NCBI GenBank assembly: GCA_030390025.1
Contig: CM059431.1
Coordinates: 117,368,001 to 117,432,000 of the forward strand
Length of the DNA: 64,000 nt
Reading direction: 5' to 3'
DNA from: Squalus acanthias
Lineage: Eukaryota
Shown: in pieces, positions 27,068-38,968 of the stretch
How the letters are laid out: each line of letters begins with the position of its first letter
How positions within the stretch are numbered: position 1 is the first letter of the stretch
The notes under the pieces: model-generated
What the model was told of the DNA's origin: nothing
What the model saw: only the letters and a program-made list of their open reading frames with translations
The model's database searches: none
Made by a program: the position numbers and the translations under genes

Positions 27068-27793
27068 GGGCCGTATTTTCCGATCGGAGGCTTCCCGCGT
27101 GCGGAGGCCTCCGATCTGGAAAAAATCTACGCACTTACCTGAGGGATTCCGAGGTGCGTATAGTTCCGATCCTGGGCCTCTCGAACTCCAAGTGCGCAGG
27201 GCCCACGTATCCCAGGGCGCATGCAGTTCGCAAGTGTCCCTGGGATCACGTGGGCCATGGGGAGCCAATCAAAGAAGGGAATTTCCCTTCATATACTTGA
27301 CAGATAGACCTGTCAAATATATGAATGGAGATCACCCCAAAAACACCTTAAAACATTAAATAAATTAAAAAAAACATCACATTTTTAAATTAGTTGAAAT
27401 TACAATAAATTAAATATTTTAAAGAAAAATGTAATTTTTTGAAAAAAATAATTAAAGTTTTTTACAGGGCTAAAAATAAACTTACCTTTTTTTAAAGTAT
27501 TTTTAAATGATAAATGACTGAAAATTTTTTTTTAAACTTTTTTTTCAACTCTTATCATGGTAAAAGCAGGCCTTATGCCTGCTTTTACCAGGCGTAAGAA
27601 TTCTAAAGATTTTCTGTGGGCGGAGGGGCTCCAGAAAGCGGAACTATCCGCCCGCAGAGGCCCTTCTCTAGGGCAGACGTCCGATCTGTCAAGAGCATTC
27701 TTGCGCTGTGCATGTCTGAAACCGGCATTTCCGATGTCCCTACGGGTGCGTACACAGCGCGCACCCACCCGTAGGGATCGGAATATCCGGGCC
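27068..27793. mobile_element. Harbinger-type MITE family C
   Basis: GC/CpG-rich arms around an AT-rich centre; termini GGGCCGTATTTTCCGATC / GATCGGAATATCCGGGCC; similar to 41590-42272 and 50409-51856. Confidence 0.85.
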
Positions 27794-28619
27794 ATTGTTT
27801 ATTATATGAGATCCCAATTCTTTTACTGTTGTTTTGGGATTATGTTCTGTTCATGATTAAGGCCACTGATTTATGATGACTCAAAAAGTCAAATGCCATT
27901 TTAATCCCATGGAATTCTGCGATTTTCTGGAATTTTTACTGATATTTTCAGAACTCTACATCAGTTCATTTTTTCTATGAAAGCGCCAAACCAGTGGCCT
28001 TGTGATTTTTGCATTTTATTTGGTAAACCTGGGTCTGAAGTGTTTGTCATCAGGCAACTTTGGGTCTTTTTTCTCTTCTGAATAACACTCACCCATAACT
28101 AAAGATATGGAAATCCTTTCAATCAAGAGAATGACTGAGCCTCAAAATAAACTGAAACATCCCAGTCCTGCCTATAGTCAGTTTAGGCTATGGTATTCTC
28201 TTATCTCATTAGGTTTGTGTTGCCTCCTGTCATGGTTTCGACATCTCATGGCCAATTCAACTGTTACAGTTTCACTTTAAAAATAAAGATACTCCAGGGA
28301 AAGCATTCGTAATTGCAGCAACCAATTTTCCTTCAAAAATTAAAACCGTGTTTTAAAAATTATGAAAATTATTCCACCAAACATATCTCAACAATATCAT
28401 GGAGACAGCTTTGATAGCTGTCTTATCAAAGCAAATTGAGAAAGGTGACATGGAAGCTGTACGTTGACAGGAGATTTGAATGTATTTAACTGGGCATTGC
28501 AGTCTCACCTCAAAGACATATGAGCAGTCACAGCACTTCAAAAAGTAATTCATTGTGCAAAGAGCTTTGAGGCATTTCAATCTGAAAGACACTAAATAAA
28601 TGCAAGTATTATATTGCGG

Positions 28620-29110
28620 GATGCTTTGATAGAGGTTTTTTAAATTATGAAGCGAAGGGACAGAGTAGATAAAACTGACTGTGGGTAATTTTGGCTTTGG
28701 GCGATAGTGTAAAACGCGTGATATCAGATTATTGGAAATGAAAAGCAGGAGAGGTGTATGATGGGTGGCTGATTCAATTTCACCTGTTTTACAGTATCAC
28801 CCAAAGTCAAAATTGCCACACTGTTTCCAGTGATTGAGGGAGTCTAGATCAAGGGGACATAGAGATAAGATTAAATGTAAGAGATTTAGCACAGAGAGCA
28901 GAATGATCCTTTTTTTACACACAGAGGGCTGTGAGGCTATGAAATGCACTACTGGAGTTAATGATTGGAAGCAGAGACCATGCAAACATTTAAGAATAGG
29001 TGGTTGAATGAAAGGGAAATAAAGGGATAAGTGAACAGAGTGGGCACATAGAATTAGGACTACTCCTCATGCGCAAGCACAAACCAATACGGACTGTTTG
29101 GGCCAAACTC
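28620..29110 (+). mobile_element. Old CR1 3' fragment interrupted by a hairpin MITE (28682-28821)
   Basis: TTGATAGAGGTTTTTAAATTATGA..GAGTCTAGATCAAGGGGACATAG homology to the CR1 3' region. Confidence 0.7.
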
Positions 29111-29311
29111 CATTAATTACATTGGGCGGAATATTCCCGTTCCGGCAAGTGCGGGTTTGGGGGCAGGTCGGCAGTGAAAATGCCAGAAATAGCAAACGCA
29201 TCGGGAACCCGCCGTCATCCCGCTGACTCGAGCATTTAACTCGGGCGGCTTTGAAGGCGCGACACGGACCTGATCCGCAGAGGCAGGTGATCTCATTGAA
29301 ATCCACTGAAA

Positions 29312-29703
29312 ACGTGGCTCATGACACTCTTGAGGAGGCCAAGTGCTGAGGCCGAGGAGCACTACAATGAGTGATAGAACAAGCAATAGGCATGCTGAAG
29401 ATGCGCTTCAGATGCCTTGACAGATCTGGAGGCGCCCTTCAGTACCCACCAGCCAGGGTCTCCAGAGTCAACGTCGTCTGCTGCGTGCTGCACAACACAG
29501 CACAACAGCGAGGATTGGAACTGCAGGATGAGTATGGCGCACAGCACACAGCCTTTTCAGAGGAGGAAGAGGAGAAGGACAAGCAGGTGGAAGATGAGGA
29601 GGAGGAGGAGGAGGAGGAACCTGAGATGCAGGTGGCACTAGCAGCAGTGCACATTGCTGCCCGGGAGGTCCAGGATGGCCTCATCATGGCCAGATTTACT
29701 TAA
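29312..29703 (+). pseudogene. Harbinger transposase C-terminal fragment
   Basis: TWLMT..HYNE; IEQAIGMLKMRFRCLDRSGGALQYPPARVSRVNVVCCVLHN; poly-E tail. Confidence 0.9.
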
Positions 29704-30009
29704 CTTGCTCCAATGCAGCCACATGCCTGCCACATGCTGTACTAAATTCCCCCCAGCAACAACACCATAAAGCTTCACTACAATGACCACTCCATTCCTC
29801 TCAACCAAAACCCCAATGCTCGAGGTTAAATAATGTCTTACCATTCACTTCAAGTGACAAAGCCACTTCCAAGGCTTGGGGCAAAAATGGACAAGACCTG
29901 GAAGTGATGCAAAGAAAAACATTTATGTGTGTAATCAAAATAACTGAAACTTACCACTAACATTTTTTCATACACCCATGTGCATACCCTTGTGCATCTA
30001 CTTTTGTGA

Positions 30010-31870
30010 CATTTTTTTTTCCGAGTGCTTCTACGAGGTGCAACTCTTATGGCTTCAGCAGGAGGCTGCTTAATTCCCTGCTGCGACTGGTTAGACACTT
30101 TGGGGGGACGTCCTCTGGGCTTTGGAGCCTTTGAGGGCCCCGGCAAAATCTGCTCCTCCTGCGACTGTGCAGGGGCGACTCGGCCATTGGGATCCGAGGA
30201 AGCATCTGGGGCTCTGACTGAGGGGGAGGAAATGAGGGAGAAGTGGTAGCGCTTTGATAAGACCTCCACTTCCATGTCCCCCTCTCATAATCATCCCTCT
30301 CATGGGCCACCCGCACTTCCCTGCTTACAAGGAGCTGGCAAGCACCTGGCTGCACAGCAGTGGGGCGATGAAGGCCCAAGTCAATGTGTACATCCTTCCT
30401 AGAGAGGAGGTCTATGAGTTCCTGCCATCTGTTGTCCATAGCTAGCATGTGCTCATGTGAGTGGCGCATTTGCTGCTCCATGCAGGTGGCCATCCTTTCC
30501 ATGGAACAGCACATCGTCGCCATCGCCTGCGATATGGTGGTGCTCATGTTGGAAATGGACTCCTCCATTCTCTGACCATTTGCAGACATTGTGGCTGCAA
30601 AAGTTGCCAGAGCCTCATACAATTGTTGCTGCCCCTCCTGGATCACTCTCTTTCTGGATGGCCCCTGAGGCTCAGCATCTGCATGCAGCTCAGCAGAGCT
30701 TGGAGCATCCTGCGCCCTCCAGCGAGGAGTCTCCACTGCTGTCCCTGTCAACACCACCTGCTCTTGCTCACTTGTGAATTGTGAGACACCAGGTGACAAC
30801 TCTACTCCATGGTGCAAATGACCCACGGAGGTGTACGTATCTGCGCTGGTGCTGGCTGCACTTGGGTCTGCTGGCACTGCACCCGCAGAGGCTGGAAGTT
30901 CCGCTGAGAAATTGTCTTCCTCCTCCTGCTAGACAGTGGCTGGGGGATGGGGGGGGGGGGGCAGCTGATGGACCTGTGGGAGAGTAAAGAGATGAATTAG
31001 AAGTGTTATAGTAAGAATGGGTAGCACTACCATTACGCACATGATGACATTTCACTGGCTGCTGACACCAGTCCCCATATGCGTGACTGTTGTATGCCAT
31101 GTGGCTTTATGAGATGTGATTGTCACCAGGTTGCTGGGATGTCCCCCTCTCTCCATCTCCCACTGCCAGTGTCTCTTGAGCTCCTGAGATCGCCAGAGCC
31201 ACATCCTCTGCTGCTGTTAGGGTGCGAATACTGAAGGGCCACCTCCGGTTCTCTCCCTCTCTCTGTTGTTGTGGGCTCTTTTCTCTTGCAAGGAGGGAAA
31301 GAAAAGAAGTTTGAGTAAGAGCGATGGAATGAATGTAAGGAATGGATGGGTTACATCTGTAGAGGGTGACTATGATGGAGTGGGCTGCCAATGCCAAATG
31401 GCCTCCTTCTGTGGTGTTAGTTGCTATGATTGCATTAGGATGAGGGTAAGTGTCAGGGGTGGTTATTCAGATGGGGATGTGAGTATGCACATAGAGGGAG
31501 AGGGATGGCTGGACCTGCAAGGTAGGTTGGTGTGAGGAATGATGTGCAGGAGTAGGCTTGGGAAGGCTGAGTGATGGGGATGTGTTGACAGGCACATCAG
31601 GATAAGGGTGAGTGTGGCATTGCACTCACCTTTCCTGACCTCATGAGATCATTGAAGCGCTTCCTGCACTGTATCCAGGTCCACCTCACCACATCCCTGC
31701 TGCTGACCTCCTCAGCTATATCCAGCCAGGCTCTTTTTTATTTCTTGTGGAGGTCTCCTTTACCTATCAGCAGGGAAGAGGACCTCCCTGCATGCTCTGA
31801 CAACCTCCACAAGAGTATGCAGCGATGAATCTGAGAAGCGAGGTGCAGCCCTCTGCCTTTGGCTATTCAT
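30010..31870 (-). pseudogene. Harbinger Myb/SANT gene: exons ~31870-31630, ~31286-31127, ~30973-30010
   Basis: QRAAPRFSDSSL..WIQCRKRFNDLMRSGK|GTGAGT; exon 2 KRAHNNRERERTGGGP..; acceptor TCTCCCACAG before the exon containing the 276-aa ORF 30047-30877. Confidence 0.8.
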
Positions 31871-32469
31871 CCTTCCAAATGTATAACAGTACTGTGGCCT
31901 TTCTTTGTCACGTTTCACTTTCCTCTAGCAACCTTCAAGTGAGTTGAGTGCAAGGCTGCTTTAAATAGGGGCACTGGAAACGAGTCATCGATGATGTCAT
32001 CAGACCCGCTCCATTTAATAGGGCTGGGAAACGTGCATGAGTCTTTCAATTGGCCATTAAGTAAACGTCGCACTGAGCAAAGGGCTGCTCAGAACATCAC
32101 GTTCCTGACCCACTACGCGGCCTGCACGCACCCGACCCAACTCAAAGGTAACATTTCTGGCCATTGTTTTGTGCCCTGATCTTCCCATTGCAAAGTTACT
32201 CCGAAATTTCCTAGTAAAGCAATTTAGCAATGTTTGGTAAATGTTTTTCATATCCTTAGAATACACAAAATGAAGTTTCTCTGTTTATTATTTTAACGAG
32301 GACATTAACCCATTTATTTTAAATGGCATGGATAACATGTTATGTCAAATGTTGTCCCATAACGGTCCTGTGAAGTGCCTTGGGATGTTTTACAATGTTA
32401 AAGGCGCTGTATAAATGCAAGCTGTTGTTGTTATCTTGTTCAAGTGATCGTTATTCATGTATGAGCATT

Positions 32470-32757
32470 GACTGTGAGGGTCAGCATATTATTCACCCCT
32501 GTGGAGCCTCATCGTAAAGTCACATCCTATCCTACATGAATATCCATACATCCAGCAGGGGCTGATGGATAATGATCAGGAACAAGAACCTGGGCCATTC
32601 TTTCCCTGCCTACACCAGGGACGTTCAGACCAATTGTAGTAACCCTACTTCCGCCAAAGCCGAGATTGGCTAATGGCACAAACTAGTGTCAAAACCTGGC
32701 ATCTTCCTGGCCTGGATGGCTCAGTTGCTCATTGTCTCCATGAGCTGAGCCATTGGG
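32470..32757 (-). mobile_element. Probable tRNA-headed SINE, diverged
   Basis: Minus strand begins TGGCTCAGC (A-box-like) with a degenerate B-box-like GGTTTTGACAC. Confidence 0.4.
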
Positions 32758-34104
32758 ACGATTATAGCAAATATAATTTGAGGAACAGAAAAGGAAAATG
32801 AAAGAGAAATACTGATGATGAGATTAATCGTTATTTCTCCAGTCTTTTGGGTAACTTGTACTGATGGAGCTGGCTCAAACGTTTCAACCACATGGTTAGA
32901 AAAGTACATTTATTTCTCCTCTAGAAGCTCAACTGCATTATTATAAGTAGCAATCCTGTGAAATACTTAACAGGCCACAAACAAATAACAGATATAGTGG
33001 GTAGAGGTTCATCTTCAGCGGTTGTGTAAAACGGGCGGCATCACACAGGCCATTATACAATCTGCCCATTATTCAGTTCCACTTACTTCAAGATAAATTT
33101 CGAACCTAACCTGCATTAATCCAAGCCCCAAATTAATTACGATACTGAAATAATATTTTAAGCATTACAAAAATCTTTTTTTTTATTAGTTTATGGGATC
33201 AGGGCGTCGCTGTCAATGCCAGCATTTATTGCCCATCCCTAATTGCCCTTGAGAAGGTGGTGGTGAGCCTCCTTCTTGAACCGCTGCAGTCCGTGTGGTG
33301 ATGGTACTCCCACAGTTCTGTTAGCTAGGGAGTTCCAGGATTTTGACCCAGCGATGATGAAGGATCGGCGATATACTTCTAAGTCAGAATGGTGTGTGAC
33401 TTGGAGGGGAACTTGGAGGTGGTGGCGTTCCTATGCGCCTGCTGCCCTTGTCCTTCTAGGTGGAAGAGGTCGCAGGTTTGGGAGGCGCTGCCGAAGAAGC
33501 CTTGACGAGTTGCTGCAGTGCATCTTGTAGATGGCACACACTGCAGCCACAGAACACTGGTGGTGGAGGGAGTGAATGTTTAAGGTGGTGGATGGGGTGC
33601 CAATCAAGCGGGCTGCTTTGTCCTGGATGGTGTCGAGCTTCTTGAGTGTTGGAGCTGCACTCATCCAGGCAAGTAGAGAGTATTCCATCACACTCCTTAC
33701 TTGTGCCTTGTAGATGGTGGAAAGGCTTTGGGGAGTCAGGAGGTGAGATACTTGCCGCAGAATACCTAGCCTCTGACCTGCTCTTGTTGCCACAGTATTT
33801 ATGTGGCTGGTCCAGTTAAGTTTCGGGTCAATGGTGACCCCCAGGATGTTGATGGTGGGGGATTTAGCGATGGTAATGCCGCTGAATGTCAAAGGGCAGT
33901 GGTTAGACTCTCGCTTGTTGGAGATAGTCATTGCCTGGAACTTCTGTGGCGCGAATGTTACCTGCCACTTATCAGCCCAAGGCTGAACGTCATCCAGGTC
34001 TTGTTGCATGTGGTCATGATGCAGAGATGCCGGCGTTGGACTGGGGTGGACAAAAATGAGAAGTCGCACAACACCAGGTTATAGTCCAACAGATTTATTT
34101 AAAA

Positions 34105-34144
34105 TTACAAGCTTTCGGAGCTATCCTGCCCCTTCTTCAGGTAG
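34105..34144 (-). ncRNA. Minimal hammerhead motif (left arm)
   Basis: Reverse complement of 36001-36040. Confidence 0.75.
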
Positions 34145-34386
34145 AGTTACTGTGAGAGAATCTATCAGAATTCACAGAATATAAACACAGAGAAAATGCA
34201 GAGATTAAATCTTTCCCTACATCAAAGACACACTAAGAGCACAGCCAAGACAATGAGATGTGTCCCAGGGGGTCCAACGCGTCAAAACACCTGCTGGCCG
34301 CATATCCTCTCCATTTGGGTTTGTTTTTTGTGTTTGTTTCTTGTGTTTGTTTTTTAAAAACTGGAAAGACAAGCAACGATGTCAAG

Positions 34387-35021
34387 TCACGTTCTATAGT
34401 GTGACATGAACCCGATATCCCGATTGAGGCCGTCCTCATGAGTGCGGAACTTGGCTATCAGTTTCTGCTCGATGATTTTGCGTTGTCGTGTATCCCGAAG
34501 GCCGCCTTGGAGAACGCTAACCCGCAGATCCGAGGCTGAATGCCCTTGACTGCTGAAGTGTTCCCCGACTGGGAGGCAACCATCCTGCCTGGCGATTGTT
34601 GCGCGGTGTCCGTTCATACGTTGTCTCAGTGTCTGCATGGTCTCGCCGATGTACCATGCTCTGGGGCATCCTTTACTGCAACGTATCAGGTAGACAACGT
34701 TGGCCGAGTCACATGAGTATGTACCATGTACCTGGTGGGTAGTGTCCTCATGTGTGATGACGGTATCTGTGTTCATGATCTGGCATGTCTTGCAGAGGTT
34801 GCCGTGGCAGGGTTGTGTGGTGTCGTGGTCGCTGTTCTCCTGACAGCTGGGTAATTTGCTGCGAACGATGGTACTTTTGAGGTTAGGCAGCTACTTGAAG
34901 GCGAGTACTGGAGGCGTGGGGATGGCCTTAGTAAGGTGTTCGTCGTCATCGATGACATGTTGAAGGCTGCGAAGAACATGGCGTAGTTTCTCCGCTCCGG
35001 GGAAGTACTGGACGACGTAGG
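34387..35021 (-). pseudogene. Mirror copy of the PLE GIY-YIG ORF with a nonsense codon at 34891-34893
   Basis: ORF 34387-34776 differs by 2 aa from 35368-35757; CAG to TAG change upstream. Confidence 0.9.
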
Positions 35022-35757
35022 ATATGACGCTCGACTCATCGATCGACAGTTCCGACGGGCCACAGCGAATAACCGCATAGACCTCCTCAGAAGACGAACC
35101 CGGGACACAACCAACAGAGTACCCTACGTCGTCCAGTACTTCCCCGGAGCGGAGAAACTACGCCATGTTCTTCGCAGCCTTCAACATGTCATCGATGACG
35201 ACGAACACCTTGCTAAGGCCATCCCCACGCCTCCACTACTCGCCTTCAAGCAGCTGCCTAACCTCAAAAGTACCATCGTTCGCAGCAAATTACCCAGCTG
35301 TCAGGAGAACAGCAACCATGACACCACACAACCCTGCCACGGCAACCTCTGCAAGACATGCCAGATCATGAACACAGATACAGTCATCACACATGAGGAC
35401 ACTACCCACCAGGTACATGGTACATACTCATGTGACTCGGCCAACGTTGTCTACCTGATACGTTGCAGTAAAGGATGCCCCAGAGCATGGTACATCGGCG
35501 AGACCATGCAGACACTGAGACAACGTATGAATGGACACCGCGCAACAATCGCCAGGCAGGATGGTTGCCTCCCAGTCGGGGAACACTTCAGCAGTCAAGG
35601 GCATTCAGCCTCGGATCTGCGGGTTAGCGTTCTCCAAGGCGGCCTTTGGGATACACGACAACGCAAAATCATCGAGCAGAAACTGATAGCCAAGTTCCGC
35701 ACTCATGAGGACGGCCTCAATCGGGATATCGGGTTCATGTCATGCTATAGAACGTGA
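35020..35757 (+). pseudogene. PLE ORF C-terminus (linker, Cys motif, GIY-YIG endonuclease), open over ~245 codons, 5'-truncated
   Basis: GYDARLIDRQFRRA..PLLAFKQLPNLKSTIVRS..CHGNLCKTC..VVYLIRCSKGCPRAWYIGETMQTLRQRMNGHR..GLN. Confidence 0.9.
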
Positions 35758-36000
35758 CTTGACATCGTTGCTTGTCTTTCCAGTTTTTAAAAAAACAAAC
35801 ACAAGAAACAAACACAAAAAACAAACACAAATGGAGAGGATATGCAGCCAGCAGGTGTTTTGACGCGTTGGACCCCCTGGGACACATCTCATTGTCTTGG
35901 CTGTGCTCTTAGTGTGTCTTTGATGTAGGGAAAGATTTAATCTCTGCATTTTCTCTGTGTTTATATTCTGTGAATTCTGATAGATTCTCTCACAGTAACT

Positions 36001-36040
36001 CTACCTGAAGAAGGGGCAGGATAGCTCCGAAAGCTTGTAA
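36001..36040 (+). ncRNA. Minimal hammerhead motif (right arm)
   Basis: CUAC-CUGAAGA-A-GGGGC[AGGAUA]GCUCC-GAAA-GC-UU-GUAA. Confidence 0.75.
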
Positions 36041-38302
36041 TTTTAAATAAATCTGTTGGACTATAACCTGGTGTTGTGCAACTTCTCATTTTTGTTGCGT
36101 GTGAGCATGGACTTCTTCATTATCTGAGGAGTTGTGAATGGTGCTGAACACTGTGCTGTCATCAGCGAACATCCCCATTTCTGACCTTATGTTGGAGGGA
36201 AGGTCATTGATGAGGCAGCTGAAGATGGTTGGGCCTAGGACACTGCCCTGAGGAACTCCTGCAGCGATGTCCTGGGGCTGTGATGATTGACCTCCAACAC
36301 CACTACTATCTTCCTTTGTGCTAGGTATGACTCTTATCTTAGAACTTCCAGGAGGTGGAATTCTGAGGTAGGCATGCTGGTGGACTTGCCATTTGGAGTG
36401 AAACCTGGATCTGCTGGGTTTCCACCGCATTTACAAAGAGGAAGGAAATCCCGATTGGTGGGGTGGGAAAGCAGTAGTTTCAGGCTGTTTCTGGCATGTT
36501 CTTGGGTTATCCCAGGAATCCTGTCAGATAGGCTCTGATAAGCCCAGTGGTACTTTATGTCTGCTGACTGCAGGCATTTGTACTATTCTAGGCCTCTGTA
36601 AGACTCTTACTTGCCAGTTTGGTGTCAGGACTCTTGACTTCCAGCTTGGGATGAAGATTCAGCAATGTAAGTGATTCCAAATCTTTGGCCTGTATCCCCC
36701 ATTGGATAGGCCCCTATTATTTAAATGACCCATTCCCTGGGATTTGGGACAGCATCACGGCTAAGTCAGAATAGTGGGCAAAAGTTAAGCCAACATGATT
36801 CTATCTAGTCCATTTATAGTTAGCAATTGTCCCACTTGATAATTTTCTTCTGCAGAATTTGTGGATATAGAATGGGATTCATAAGTCATAGTTTAAAGAT
36901 AGGACCACTGGTTATCATTGTAGGTTCAGAGCTGACTCAAAGCTCCCACACAGAATGAAATCACAACAAGAACTCAGGTAATTACATGATAGAGATATGA
37001 TGATATGCTTGGCATCACACACTACCTGCATATTAGTATGATAGTATCTGGTATGTCATGCTTTCCAATTACAGAGAGTAAGTTGTCTCTGAAAGCAAAT
37101 ATAGCTCTACATGTGTGATTAATTATATTTGAATTTGTGGAGAAACTAGCAATGACATGAAGGTCATGTTTCTGTTTCTCCTGAATTGCCGGAAAAATAA
37201 TATATGAGTTGAAGTTCTGCATGTTCAAAATTTGGGGCTCTAATAGGCCTATTTGTCATCAAATGCATTGAACTTGCAAGAAGGCCAGATTGCTGAAGTT
37301 TCCTCTCAATGTCCCCACATTAACCACTATTCATCAAGATCAGGGCAATATGACTGTAGATGGAAATTGATAGAATTTAGAATTTAGCAGTTAGCCATGA
37401 AAGCTGCAGAGGGAAAGTTAAAGCAGCAGATGTGGTGAAAGAGGAGGGTGCAGTGGGAATGATTTTGGTTAACTCAGAAGCGATGGTAGGTTCTGAATCT
37501 TTAGGAATCTGCATAAGAAAAGAATAGGTGGCCCAAGAAAATTGTTTATCCAGAGATTGACAAGAAGGTTGCAATGACGTTGAAGGTAACTGTCAGTTTT
37601 ACAAAGAGAGTGCAGTTCACTATGAACTGGAATTCTAAATCCTCAAATCAACATGTAATGATTCAGTTTTTGACTTGACACGACAGGCAGAGAGCCTTGT
37701 CCACTGGAAATGCACTTCAGAAGTTTGAGCACACATTGTCCATTATTTTCTTGCCTTTCATTTAAATAGTCAGAAAATCTTCTGCAGCGCACATTAGGAA
37801 GCTCAAAGTTAGAAATTTATCCCTGTAGATCCACTATCTTGTAAGCCGACAGATAGGCCGACTAAAATTTGTTTCTTTCATCCAAATCTAGATTTAATAT
37901 GTCTTTCAGTAACGGCCGGGAAAACTCCACTGGGGCCAATAAACCCACTGCAAAGGTTGTGGCCTTCACTTCAGGATTCTTTCTCTAACTGCAGCTGCCA
38001 AATACATTGTAATGTATCCTACCAGTGACATAATCTATCTGCACGCTGAAAGAACTTGCGCTGTTTTATATGGCTGGGCATTATTAAAGCCAATTCAAAT
38101 TAGTTTCATTGAAGGCAGGCCTTAATGCTCGATATCTGTTCTAAATTTACTTGACACAAATTTCCATCTTTGTCCTCTTGTCCTAAGTTCTTGATGCATT
38201 TAAAAGTATTAATCGGGGTTTAAGTTATTTATACGATTCAGTATCATATAACTTAAATGAAGTCCTCCCTTAGCCTTCTTCATTTTGTACTATAACACTA
38301 AT

Positions 38303-38968
38303 GGGGGCAAAATTGGGTTGCGTCCCCCTTCCAGTAGCACCCCGAAAAAAGTTACCGCCCCCGCGCCCGGATTTCGCTGGTAGTCCCCCAAGAGAGAGGC
38401 GGGGCGCTACTGGAAGCGCCACGCCTCCCTCTTGGGGTGCTACCAGTGAATATCACAGCACTACGTGCCGCAGCGCCATGCACTGTGGCACATCGCGCCG
38501 TGGTATTTTAGGAATTCTTCCCCTTATTAAAGGGGAGGGACCTAGCGCAGCGCGTCCTGGGGCCCAGCTGGGCCACCAGGGTTCGGAGTGCCGGAAAAAG
38601 AGCCCGGCACTCAAGAGGAGCGCTGGGCTCACAGAGCGCAGCCGGCACCCCGCGGGGGGGCTTCACAGGAGGCCGGGGTGGCAACGGGAGCAGGTGCTGG
38701 CAGGAGGCCAGCAACAAAAATGGCCACCCGGCACCTCCCTTTTAATTTGTGCCGCTCCGGCCGCAGCGTCCAGCGGTAAGTCAGGGGGCGCTACTGAAGA
38801 TCATGGCCGAGGTGCGAGCGGGGTGCTGTACACAATGATGACGTCATCGCCGGAGGCGCAGCGCCGCGGAGAGCTAACAGTTACCGCCGCCACTAACCTC
38901 CCGCTGAATTTCGCGGGAGGCATTAGCGGCACCGCGCCTGGGCGCACATCAACCGAATTTTCGCCCCT
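38303..38968. mobile_element. GC/CpG-rich Harbinger-type MITE
   Basis: Termini GGGGCAAAATTGGGTTG / rc GGGGCGAAAATTCGGTTG; sharp GC boundary against AT-rich flanks. Confidence 0.8.

Larger units (their letters stand above)
29124..32162. mobile_element. Non-autonomous Harbinger: transposase N-terminal part deleted, three-exon Myb/SANT gene retained (decayed)
   Basis: ATT/ATT TSD; imperfect TIRs GGGCGGAATATT / rc GGCCAGAAATGTT; internal genes listed separately. Confidence 0.85.
34019..36091. mobile_element. Penelope-like family 1 element arranged as a long inverted repeat
   Basis: Arms 34051-35021 and 35123-~36094 are reverse complements around a 101-bp spacer; ~18-bp TSD TTGTTGCATGTGGTCATG / TTGTTGCGTGTGAGCATG. 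Confidence 0.95.
33175..36335 (-). mobile_element. CR1-group LINE (distinct subfamily) RT and 3' region, split by the Penelope palindrome
   Basis: [25 protein letters not shown] (36086-36300) continues as QQDLDDVQPWADKWQVTF..IYKAQVRSVMEYS (33431-34010); poly-A at 33175-33185. Confidence 0.9.

Noticed and set aside
35368..35757. Stand-alone GIY-YIG nuclease gene or prokaryotic homing endonuclease
   Set aside because: It is the C-terminus of a truncated PLE ORF with pLTR and TSD
34051..36094. Assembly fold-back artefact
   Set aside because: The arms differ by scattered substitutions, the spacer is element sequence, and the host LINE resumes after a TSD
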